Positions 19,609-27,895 of a stretch of 64,000 nt of DNA are shown piece by piece; the stretch's first letter is position 1, and each line of letters opens with the position of its first letter. The position numbers and the translations under genes are program-made. The notes beneath the pieces were generated by a model. The model searched no databases and was not told the DNA's origin. It worked only from the letters and a program-made list of their open reading frames with translations. Origin of the DNA: an uncultured delta proteobacterium (GTDB lineage: Bacteria; Desulfobacterota; WTBG01; JAGOGO01); NCBI GenBank assembly GCA_963727835.1, contig CAVSIB010000030.1, forward strand, positions 5,127 to 69,126. The letters are read 5' to 3'.

Positions 19609-21486
19609 GTGAAGGTATTATTGATTAATCCAAAGGTTCCGGAAAGTTTCTGGAGCTTTAAGTGGGCATTTGATAAAATTTTACCATCTAATAAAAGAGT
19701 CCTCAATCCTCCCTTGGGATTAGCGACCCTAGCGGCCCTGTGTCCAAAAGATTGGGAAGTAGAAATTATTGATGAAAACATCGAGTCCATCCCCTTAGAA
19801 CCTCAGGCTGACATCATTGGTGTTTGCGGGATGGGGGTGCAATTTAGGCGGCAAAAAGAGTTACTCACGTTTTATAAAAAGAAAGGTTTCTTTGTTGTTG
19901 CCGGCGGAAGCTATGCCTCATTATGCCCAGAGGCGTATGAACCTTTTGCCGATACTGTCGTAGCGGGTGAAGCTGAATATATCTGGAGAGAGTTTTGCTT
20001 GGATTTCGAACTGGGGAAGCCCAAAAAACTATATCATGAAACAGGAATTGTTGACCTGAAAGATTCACCTGTTCCCCGTTTTGACCTCTTGAAGTTAGAT
20101 AGCTACAAAAGAGTAAGTCTGCAGTTTTCTCGAGGGTGCCCGTATCGCTGTGAATTTTGTGACATTATTGTGATGTTTGGTCGTAAATTTCGCGCTAAAT
20201 CTCTTGAACAGATAAGCAACGAGTTGGACGTTCTCAGGGAACTCCATGTGGACAATGTTTTTTTTGTTGATGATAACTTGATTGGCAACAAGCGGGTCGC
20301 GAAAGATTTGCTTAAGTTCCTCAAAAGCTACCAGCTTAAGCATGACTATCGGTTTCAGTTTGGAACCGAAGCTTCTTTAGATTTGGCCGATGATGAAGAG
20401 CTTCTTGAGCTTTTGCATAAGGCGAATTTCGAATGGGTTTTCATCGGAATCGAGTCTCCGGATACCGAAAGCCTTAAAGAAACCAAAAAGCTTCAGAATA
20501 CCCGCCAGGATATACTTTCCTCAGTGAGAAAGATCTATTCCCATGGTATTGAAATTCTTGCCGGATTTATTGTTGGCTTTGATAATGACACCATGAAGAC
20601 CTTTGATAAGCAATACCAGTTTATCATGGACTCTGGCATTCAAGCGGCTATGATCGGGCTTTTAACCGCTTTGCCAAAAACTCCGCTTTATGAACGCCTA
20701 GGGAAAGAAGGAAGGCTTCTTCCTGACGCGGATAATGCCGACAATACGACACTCGGAACAAATTTTTTGCCCAAACAGATGGGGTATGAGGAAATGGTAA
20801 GTGGTTATCGTAGCCTTTACAATCGCCTGTTAAAAGATCGAAACATTGCTTTCCGAATCAAAAATAAAATCCGTTATCTCAGTAACCCCGTTCACAAGGT
20901 TCAGCAATATTCCTTGAGAGAAGCTTTGCAGTTAATAAAAAACTTTTTTTCCCAAGGAATAAACCCAGGGGGTTTTTCACGCGCCTTCTATTTTTTCCGA
21001 TCACTACCTGTCTTCCGGCCGAAACTGATTCCGGTTGTGATCCATGACTGGATTGTTGGATTATCGATGAGAGATTACGTTGAACGCCAATTTATCCAGG
21101 AATTTGAAAAAGTTAATAATTTAGCTATGGGCTACCTGCAGCTAATCAAGAAAACTTTTCAGAATTATCTTGATCGTGGTGCTTTGGAGCTAAACTTAAG
21201 CCAAGTGCAAAATGCTGCTTCTAATCTTTCAATTTCGATGAAGGGATGGTTAGGTAAAGATTTCTTTATTCGCATTGACAAACATTTACAAAAAGTTCTC
21301 AAACACACAACCTCATCCATTACTCTCCATATCGAAGAGTTCCACGAAGCCCAGCGGAAGCATTTTAATAAGCTTTTGAAAAAACTCTCTCGGCATGGGG
21401 ATAGAATTAATATTATCCTTAACGAAAAAGTGAGGAATATGGTTGAGGTGGATTCCTCGATTTTTAACCTCGTTCTCGAATCTTAA
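19609..21486 (+). CDS. B12-binding-domain radical SAM protein (class B, DUF4070-type C-terminus)
   Basis: FSRGCPYRCEFCDI is a CX3CX2C motif. The N-terminus (M)KVLLINPKVPESFW is typical of this family. GTG at 19609 lies 6 nt after AAGGAG. The ORF-track start at 19354 is probably an over-extension. Confidence 0.8.
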   Translation: MKVLLINPKVPESFWSFKWAFDKILPSNKRVLNPPLGLATLAALCPKDWEVEIIDENIESIPLEPQADIIGVCGMGVQFRRQKELLTFYKKKGFFVVAGGSYASLCPEAYEPFADTVVAGEAEYIWREFCLDFELGKPKKLYHETGIVDLKDSPVPRFDLLKLDSYKRVSLQFSRGCPYRCEFCDIIVMFGRKFRAKSLEQISNELDVLRELHVDNVFFVDDNLIGNKRVAKDLLKFLKSYQLKHDYRFQFGTEASLDLADDEELLELLHKANFEWVFIGIESPDTESLKETKKLQNTRQDILSSVRKIYSHGIEILAGFIVGFDNDTMKTFDKQYQFIMDSGIQAAMIGLLTALPKTPLYERLGKEGRLLPDADNADNTTLGTNFLPKQMGYEEMVSGYRSLYNRLLKDRNIAFRIKNKIRYLSNPVHKVQQYSLREALQLIKNFFSQGINPGGFSRAFYFFRSLPVFRPKLIPVVIHDWIVGLSMRDYVERQFIQEFEKVNNLAMGYLQLIKKTFQNYLDRGALELNLSQVQNAASNLSISMKGWLGKDFFIRIDKHLQKVLKHTTSSITLHIEEFHEAQRKHFNKLLKKLSRHGDRINIILNEKVRNMVEVDSSIFNLVLES

Positions 21487-21552
21487 AAAGTTTTATTCTA
21501 TCTGCGAATCAAAACTCCCCTGAGAGAATATCAAAGCAAAGCAGGATAAGAC

Positions 21553-22056
21553 ATGGATAAGCGTAAAGGTAAAGCCTGGAAGTTCGGCGATGGAATCAGC
21601 ACTGATCATATTGCTCCAGGGAGATTTTTTCATCTGCGGAGCAATCTCCCAGAGTTAGCCAAACATGTGCTCGAAGATGCACGGCCGGAGTTTCCTTCAA
21701 ATGTTAAGCCCGGCGATTTTGTGGTGGGAGGCAAGAATTTCGGCCAAGGATCGAGTCGTGAACATGCCCCCACCATCATTAAGCTTGCAGGTGTAAGTGC
21801 CGTAGTGGCAAAAAGTGTTGCCCGTATTTTTTTTCGCAACTGTATTAACGTGGGACTTCCTGCGGTTATCGTAGATACTGATAAAATTGAAGACGGAGAT
21901 GAACTCGAACTGGACTTAACTGCTGGAACGCTCCAGAATGTGACAAAAAATGAAACCCATACCTTCCCTCCCCTGCCCCAGGCCATGGCCAATATTCTTT
22001 CTGATGGTGGTTTGGTCGAGCACATCCAAAAACACGGAGACCTTAAACTCGATTAA
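21553..22056 (+). CDS. leuD: 3-isopropylmalate/homoaconitate dehydratase small subunit (aconitase swivel domain)
   Basis: A 167-aa ORF: KFGDGISTDHIAPGRF...GKNFGQGSSREHAP. No large-subunit gene lies adjacent. Confidence 0.8.
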   Translation: MDKRKGKAWKFGDGISTDHIAPGRFFHLRSNLPELAKHVLEDARPEFPSNVKPGDFVVGGKNFGQGSSREHAPTIIKLAGVSAVVAKSVARIFFRNCINVGLPAVIVDTDKIEDGDELELDLTAGTLQNVTKNETHTFPPLPQAMANILSDGGLVEHIQKHGDLKLD

Positions 22057-22305
22057 CGAAACCAGCCGGGATAATGTTAGCCAAAACTGACTGAGTAATT
22101 TTTTCTGTGTTTTTCCGGGCACTGGGTGCGAAATCCGGGAAAAAACTGGATTACCGCCCGAGGATACCGTGACCTTGCTCATCACTCGTTCCAGGTTATC
22201 GGAATCGCAGGCGGGACATTTAATTTCAACCAGATTGTCCTCTTTTATGGCTAATAATTCAAAAATATTTTTGCATTCCTGGCAGATAAATTCATAAATA
22301 GGAAT
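21916..22305 (-). CDS. FmdB-family zinc-ribbon protein (CxxC...CxxC) lacking a canonical start codon
   Basis: The minus frame reads (I)PIYEFICQECKNIFELL...KCPACDSDNLERV. An in-frame stop sits 4 codons upstream, and only ATT (22305), 7 nt after GAAGGA, is available as a start. The frame then runs on to 21916 and overlaps the leuD 3' end. Confidence 0.4.
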   Translation of the reverse strand: MPIYEFICQECKNIFELLAIKEDNLVEIKCPACDSDNLERVMSKVTVSSGGNPVFSRISHPVPGKTQKKLLSQFWLTLSRLVSLIEFKVSVFLDVLDQTTIRKNIGHGLGQGREGMGFIFCHILERSSS

Positions 22306-22816
22306 CCATTTGTCCTTCGTTTATTTTGTTTTTTTAGCTCTGGTTAAATGCCACTCTCAGGTAAAAGGATTCCCGTTCAACCCATAGCTCCGATTTCCTT
22401 CCTGTCAAATCTTCCAGTATCTTATTTGGCCTTTGCTTCCTGATCAGTGCGACCAAGAATTCGCTTGACATCACTTTTGGTAATGCATCCCATAAACTAT
22501 GCAAAACGAGTAAGGTCTTCCATCATTGCCTCAATGATTTCCTCATCTTTATCCAAAAGACCCTTTTAAGAAGAATGTTTTTTAAACTCTTCAAGCCTTT
22601 TTTTACCAGCATCAGAAATACGCACTTTCAAATTCCCCAAAATAAATATTGTCTTCCGGGGCCACGGGACTGTTTTTTATTAATATTACAAATCGAGGAA
22701 TTCTCTAAACATCAAAAATAAAGCATGGGGAAAAGCCAACAAAATTGGATTGTTGATTGACAGGGGTGCCCTTTTTTGTTATTGATGATAAAATATTTTA
22801 AAATATTTTTTTCGTC

Positions 22817-23341
22817 ATGGGCAAAAAACTTAAAGTCCTTTATAATAAGAAAACCATTCTTAAACGGGTAACGGCTCTCGCGCAACAGATTTCCCAAGAC
22901 TACCCATCAGGAGAACTCATTTTAGTAGGAGTTTTAAAAGGGGGATTTATCTTTCTTGCTGACTTAGTCCGGGCTTTAAAAATTCCCGTGTATATAGATT
23001 TTGTCCACCTGGCTAGTTATGGAGCTTCAACGCATTCATCGGGAAAAGTAAAAATTCTTAAAGATTTAGAAACCTCCATAACCGGTAAAGATGTAATTAT
23101 CGTTGAAGATATTATTGACACTGGGTTGACCCTTGAGTTTCTTAAACAAGAACTTACCAAGCGGAGGCCTCGGTCATTAAAAATTTGTGCTCTCCTCGAT
23201 AAAAAATCCCGGCGCAAGGTTGAGATCGGGGCAGATTATATCGGCATTACTATGGAGAAGGACTATTTCGTTGTGGGTTATGGGCTTGACTTTTCCGAAC
23301 AGTACCGCCACTTACCGGAAATCTTCTTTTTTGACCCTTGA
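22817..23341 (+). CDS. hpt: Hypoxanthine phosphoribosyltransferase
   Basis: A 174-aa ORF with VGVLKGGFIFLADL and the PRPP motif VIIVEDIIDTGLTL. Confidence 0.92.
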   Translation: MGKKLKVLYNKKTILKRVTALAQQISQDYPSGELILVGVLKGGFIFLADLVRALKIPVYIDFVHLASYGASTHSSGKVKILKDLETSITGKDVIIVEDIIDTGLTLEFLKQELTKRRPRSLKICALLDKKSRRKVEIGADYIGITMEKDYFVVGYGLDFSEQYRHLPEIFFFDP

Positions 23342-23371
23342 TTTTCTTCACCATAACTTTTTTAGATATCT

Positions 23372-24367
23372 ATGGAAGTAAAAAGAATTAAATGGGCCAT
23401 CATTTTCCTCCTTTCCGTATTTATTAGCGGAATCGGGGGTTATATGGTCATTGAAGGGTGGAATTTCTTTGATTCCCTTTATATGGTGGTTATTACTCTC
23501 TCTACGGTTGGATTTGGAGAAACCCATCCTTTAACTTTTCATGGACGCATTTTTACTATAGTGCTTATATTAGTTTGGGCAGCAATCGGCTTTTATGCCT
23601 TAAGTAGTATTATTCAACCTATAATTGAAGGTGAGATCCGAAAAGTACTGGGGAGAAAAAAATTGGAAAAAGAAATTAGAAATCTAAAAGATCATTATAT
23701 TGTTTGTGGGTTTGGGAGGATGGGCAGTTATATCAGCCAGGAGCTAAGAAATGCATCAGTTTCTTATATTATCATTGAAAAAGATGAGCATATTCGTGAG
23801 AAGCTGGAACGAGAAAACTACCTTTATCTTTATGGAAATGCTTCTGAAGATGAGGTGTTGATTGAGGCGGGAGTAAAAAAGGCGCGCGGGTTAGTGGCAG
23901 TGGTGGCTTCCGATGCTGACAATGTCTATATAACACTGACCGCTCGTCAGCTGAACCCTAACCTCTTCATTCTCGCTCGGAGTACTAACGAGAGTTCCGA
24001 AAGGAAGTTGCAGCAGGCAGGTGCTAATAAAGTCATTTCGCCTTACCAAATGGGAGCGGTACGTATGGTCCAGGCTATCCTGCGCCCGGCAGTAGTTGAT
24101 TTTATTGAGATTGCCTTTCATGGCAAGAGCATGGAATTGCAGTGTGAAGAGTTTCTGGTTAAATCGAACTCCAGCCTTGTGGGAAGTAGTTTGCAACAAG
24201 CTGAAATTCGCAAGAATTTAGGGGTGATCATTGTTGCGATAAAAGGAACTTCCGGCAAGATGGTGTTTAATCCTTCTCGAGATGCGCGAATTAATGCAGG
24301 GGATACCTTGATTACCCTAGGGGAGAAAAAGGACCTTATTCGGTTAGAAAAAATCCTTCAAACCTAA
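23372..24367 (+). CDS. Potassium channel with RCK/TrkA domains
   Basis: Two TM segments flank the selectivity-filter-like TLSTVGFGE. They are followed by a Rossmann IVCGFGRMG (TrkA-N) and a TrkA-C-like tail. Confidence 0.85.
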   Translation: MEVKRIKWAIIFLLSVFISGIGGYMVIEGWNFFDSLYMVVITLSTVGFGETHPLTFHGRIFTIVLILVWAAIGFYALSSIIQPIIEGEIRKVLGRKKLEKEIRNLKDHYIVCGFGRMGSYISQELRNASVSYIIIEKDEHIREKLERENYLYLYGNASEDEVLIEAGVKKARGLVAVVASDADNVYITLTARQLNPNLFILARSTNESSERKLQQAGANKVISPYQMGAVRMVQAILRPAVVDFIEIAFHGKSMELQCEEFLVKSNSSLVGSSLQQAEIRKNLGVIIVAIKGTSGKMVFNPSRDARINAGDTLITLGEKKDLIRLEKILQT

Positions 24368-24377
24368 AAAAAACACG

Positions 24378-25022
24378 TCATTCATTTTCCTGGGGTTTAG
24401 CTAAGAGACCCCGAATAAAAATTTCGCTTATCGCTTTAGCACAATCAATGGGTTTGTATTTCTTGAGGGGAGAGAGAATCCAATAGCGAGCCATTTCATC
24501 TAGCGCCCCAAAAAAAGCTCGCTTCACAATACCGGGAGCAACATCATTCCGAAAAACCCCCTTTTCCTGACCTTCGCGAATTATCTCTCTTACTAAATTA
24601 ATATACTCAATGAATCCCTTATTGACATATTCCCGCATGAACTTTGCACTTTGTCTTAACTCCACTTGAATAACTTCGGCTAATTCCCGATTTTTTAGAA
24701 TTCTATTAAGGTGACTCAAAGCAAAAATTCGCAATTTTTCAACGAGATCATTTGTTTTATTCATCTCCTCACGCATGGATTGGCAAATTTTTCCAACCTC
24801 TTCCTCAAAAAGGGAAATAAGCAGGTCATCTTTATTTTTAAAATAAAGGTAAATTGTGCCATCAGCTACATTTGCCTCTTTGGCAATCTCGGAAATTCGG
24901 GTGTTATAAAAACCCTTTTCTGCAAAAACCTTGAGCGCAGCCTTCAAAATCCGTTCGTGTTTATCCCTGCCGCGGGGTAATTTTTCTTTCTCTTCTTCGT
25001 TGAAAATTTCTTGTTCCGCCAT
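24378..25022 (-). CDS. TetR/AcrR-family transcriptional regulator
   Basis: The N-terminal HTH reads ILKAALKVFAEKGFYNTRISEIAKEANVADGTIYLYFKNKDDLL; 214 aa. Confidence 0.9.
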   Translation of the reverse strand: MAEQEIFNEEEKEKLPRGRDKHERILKAALKVFAEKGFYNTRISEIAKEANVADGTIYLYFKNKDDLLISLFEEEVGKICQSMREEMNKTNDLVEKLRIFALSHLNRILKNRELAEVIQVELRQSAKFMREYVNKGFIEYINLVREIIREGQEKGVFRNDVAPGIVKRAFFGALDEMARYWILSPLKKYKPIDCAKAISEIFIRGLLAKPQENE

Positions 25023-25055
25023 AGGGTTAGATCCTATCTAAGGATAGAAAAATAA

Positions 25056-25073
25056 TGAATGAATATTCATTCA
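25056..25073. promoter_or_regulatory. Perfect 18-bp palindrome, candidate TetR operator
   Basis: TGAATGAAT/ATTCATTCA is fully self-complementary. It lies 34-51 nt upstream of the TetR start and 4 nt downstream of the predicted -10. Confidence 0.55.
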
Positions 25074-25077
25074 AGCA

Positions 25078-25105
25078 TTTATATTATTTGCTCGTATTCT
25101 GTCAA
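25078..25105 (-). promoter_or_regulatory. Sigma70-like promoter of the TetR gene
   Basis: On the minus strand: TTGACA (25105-25100), a 16-nt spacer, then TATAAA (25083-25078). Confidence 0.55.
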
Positions 25106-25270
25106 GCATTTTAAACTTTTTTCCTGGTGATTCACGAGCGTTTGTGCAGCACGAACCAAGTTGGAATAAAAAATTTAAAGAATTCAAAGAGGGTTCGGTT
25201 AACGGATGAGAGTCAAAATAAAAGGGAATTTTAAAAAATCTTGAGGGGCTTTAACCAAAAAGGGGACTGC

Positions 25271-26194
25271 TTATGCGTTCTGTCCAAACTTTTCTAAAAG
25301 ATGGATGAGATGGGTCAGTGCTTGGTTGATCGGTAGGTCCAAATCAAACTCTTTCCCCTCTCGCAAAATTGCTCCGCTGATAACGTCGATTTCAGTTTTT
25401 TTCTTATTCCGTATATCTTGAAGCATAGAAGAAACATTTTGGGCAGTAGCGTGACAAACGGTTTCAACTTTTTGGAGGTGATCAGGGTAAATAAGGTGAA
25501 TCCCTTTTCGATCTACAACTGATTTTGCCTCATTTACTGCACGTCGCATAATCGCCCGGGTTTCTTCATAATCAAGCAATTCCCCGTTCCGCAGTCCCGT
25601 GATGCCCGTTAACGGATTGATCCCAACATTGATGAGGAGCTTACTCCAAAGCAATCCGATAACGTCTTGAGTGATTTGTATGTTAATTCCGGCTGACTCA
25701 AGAAAAGCCTTTACCTTTTCTAATCGTGAGGTTTTTTCCCCATCAAGTTCTCCAATCACTGTCTCTCCGGTTCCGGCATGACGAATATGGCCCAAGCCAA
25801 GGACAGTCGCTCCCTGGGCCGTGGTGCCTGCCATCGTCTGCTTATAGCCCACAACCCTCACAATTTCTTCTACATTTCCGATGCCATTTTGCAAAGTAAG
25901 AACAACGGAATCAGGACCAACTAACAGCTTTGCTTTTAGGATTGCTTGAAACGTATCAAAAGCCTTAACAAATATGAGGATCAGATCAGCCTCTTTTATC
26001 TCCTCCGCCTCAGAAGTTATCAGAGGGAAAAAGTGATGTTCTCCGTTAATACCCTCAACCTGGATTCCGTATTTTTTAATATGGCTAACTAAACCAGAAT
26101 GTTTTTCGAGAAGCCAGACCTCTTGCCCTGCCTTGTACAGGAGGAATCCAAAGAGACAGCCCATGGCACCGGCACCAACAATCACTACTCGCAT
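25271..26194 (-). CDS. panE: 2-dehydropantoate 2-reductase (ketopantoate reductase family)
   Basis: MRVVIVGAGAMGCLFG Rossmann N-terminus and ApbA/PanE-length protein. ATG at 26194; the ORF track starts at TTG 26212. Confidence 0.75.
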   Translation of the reverse strand: MRVVIVGAGAMGCLFGFLLYKAGQEVWLLEKHSGLVSHIKKYGIQVEGINGEHHFFPLITSEAEEIKEADLILIFVKAFDTFQAILKAKLLVGPDSVVLTLQNGIGNVEEIVRVVGYKQTMAGTTAQGATVLGLGHIRHAGTGETVIGELDGEKTSRLEKVKAFLESAGINIQITQDVIGLLWSKLLINVGINPLTGITGLRNGELLDYEETRAIMRRAVNEAKSVVDRKGIHLIYPDHLQKVETVCHATAQNVSSMLQDIRNKKKTEIDVISGAILREGKEFDLDLPINQALTHLIHLLEKFGQNA

Positions 26195-26215
26195 TATGTT
26201 CTCACTATACAAATG

Positions 26216-26974
26216 TTAAGCGATTTTTTCTCTAATTTTTTTAACCTCAGCGTAAAGGTCGGTACAGTGTTCCCAAAGAAGGTAGTTTTTTTGATCAGCT
26301 TCGATCACTTTCTCATCATACGGAAGAAAACCAAGCAGTTCGAAGTCGGGTAAAAGTTTTTGGATGAACTCTTTTTCTTCCTCGTTTCTCACGCGGTTTC
26401 CCACGGCGTAGACCCTGGAGATACCGATCTGTTCAGACAATTCCCGGATGCGATACGCTGTCTCCATGCTCCGTCTCCCGGGTTCAACCACGGTAATAAA
26501 AGCATTGACCGAAGAAGCTGTTGCCCTTCCCAAATGTTCTATCCCCGCTTCCATATCCATAACCACCACATCCTTTCGGTACAGGATGAGATGTTGAATG
26601 AGGGTCTTAAGCAAAACACTTTCAGGACAGACACACCCACCCCCTCCTTTTTTTACTCCTCCCATCACCATGAGCCGAATTCCATGATGCTCAACCCAAA
26701 GTTTTTCCGGGAGGTCGGATACGGTAGGGTTCATTTTAAACATCGCTCCATAGGAGCCGGGTTTTGCGCCAGTCCTTTCTTCAATCAGTCCACCCATTTT
26801 GGAGATCGGAATAATTTCCTCAGGTTTGGGAAACCTAAGCGTAGAGGCAAGGTTAGCATCGGGATCAGCATCAACTGCTAAAACCTGATACCCGGCATCA
26901 ACATACGCCCTGCACAAGAGAGCAGAAAAAGTGGTTTTCCCAACCCCACCTTTGCCGGTGATTGCTATTTTCAC
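26216..26974 (-). CDS. CooC/AcsF-like MinD-superfamily ATPase (metal-centre insertion accessory protein type)
   Basis: Deviant Walker A ITGKGGVGKTT, DADPDANL, and a GGGGCVCPE CxC motif as in CooC. Confidence 0.7.
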   Translation of the reverse strand: MKIAITGKGGVGKTTFSALLCRAYVDAGYQVLAVDADPDANLASTLRFPKPEEIIPISKMGGLIEERTGAKPGSYGAMFKMNPTVSDLPEKLWVEHHGIRLMVMGGVKKGGGGCVCPESVLLKTLIQHLILYRKDVVVMDMEAGIEHLGRATASSVNAFITVVEPGRRSMETAYRIRELSEQIGISRVYAVGNRVRNEEEKEFIQKLLPDFELLGFLPYDEKVIEADQKNYLLWEHCTDLYAEVKKIREKIA

Positions 26975-27050
26975 GCGACCTCCTTAAAGCACGCCTTGCA
27001 TCGTCTGTTATTCACGTCAAGGAGTGATTTTTATATTTCTATCGGTGATG

Positions 27051-27263
27051 TTATGAAACCTTCTGCACTCTTACCGCACATACCTTGTATTCCGGAATTT
27101 TGGCAATCAGAGCCAGAGCATAATTAGGAAGCAAGTTGGCCAAAACATCAGGGAATTGGAACGTCATAAAAATAACTCTCGGCGACGTTTTTTTCGTTAC
27201 CTTAACCTTGCCGGTAACTTTTGCCCGATGGGATTCTATTGGCACCATGTCACCTTCTTCACA
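27051..27263 (-). pseudogene. C-terminal remnant (about 70 codons) of a molybdopterin oxidoreductase, FdhA-like
   Basis: CEEGDMVPIESHRAKVTGKVKVT...VIFMTFQFPD...ANLLPNYALALIAKIPEYKVCAVRVQKV matches only the last part of the molybdopterin dinucleotide-binding domain. No upstream catalytic domains are present. Confidence 0.65.
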
Positions 27264-27725
27264 TCACACTGTTTCAATTTTTCGGGAGTCCATGTTGCCG
27301 AAATATTTTTTGTCCACCATGATTAGTGGAGACAAGGCACAGGCTCCAAAACACGCTACTGTCTCAAAAGTGAAGTTCATATCCAAAGTAGTCTGATCTT
27401 CTTCAATATCCAAATTTACTGTGATGACTTTTATGACCTTCTGTGCCCCCCAGACATGGCAAGCGATTCCTCGACAAGCTCTAGCGGATATGTCTCCCCC
27501 GGAGAGTTAAGTAAAATCGAGCATAGAATTTTACTACCCCGTAGATTCGACTAAGAGATATCCCCGTTTTTTCATGGGGATGCTGAAGCACCAGTTCAGG
27601 AAGATAGCCATACAGTGCTTGAGCTACCAGAAACAAAAGAATAAGCGAACCCTTAGTATTCTTTTTTCTTCAATAATTTGATCTAACAAGGTAAGATCAA
27701 CGTCGCCCCCCCTGGTCTTTTCCAT
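27264..27725 (-). pseudogene. NuoE/HoxE-like [2Fe-2S] thioredoxin-fold subunit with two mutually compensating frameshifts
   Basis: Frame 0 reads MEKTRGGDVDLTLLDQIIEEK. The shifted frame reads GSLILLFLVAQALYGYLPE...GISLSRIYGVVKFYARFYLTLRGRHI. Frame 0 then resumes with ACRGIACHVWGA...ETVACFGACALSPLIMVD...*. The shifts sit near the T7 run at 27661-27667 and the C5 run at 27496-27500. Confidence 0.65.
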
Positions 27726-27895
27726 TACGTATCCTCTCGGTTGAAAATTTTTCAAACAGTCTGCGGCAAAAAAAAATGGCCTTGCTTTCTCTTGGAAAAG
27801 AATTTACCAAAAGAATATAGGCCATTCCCAAAAAAAAATCAAACAAAATACAAATAGTTCCGACTGATAAATACAACTTTTTAAGCTGACAAATG

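Noticed and set aside
22330-22700. Short minus-strand frame fragments (for example ...VRISDAGKKRLEEFKK..., ...ITKSDVKRILGRTDQEAKAK) in an ORF-free gap
   Set aside because: They are broken by stops every few codons and cannot be assigned to a family. I note them only as further possible gene debris.
27264-27266. In-frame TGA between the nuoE-like and FdhA-like reading frames as a selenocysteine codon
   Set aside because: Selenocysteine in formate dehydrogenases lies in the N-terminal catalytic region, not at the start of the C-terminal domain. The sequence upstream of the TGA is NuoE-like, not FdhA-like, so this is a stop at a deletion junction.
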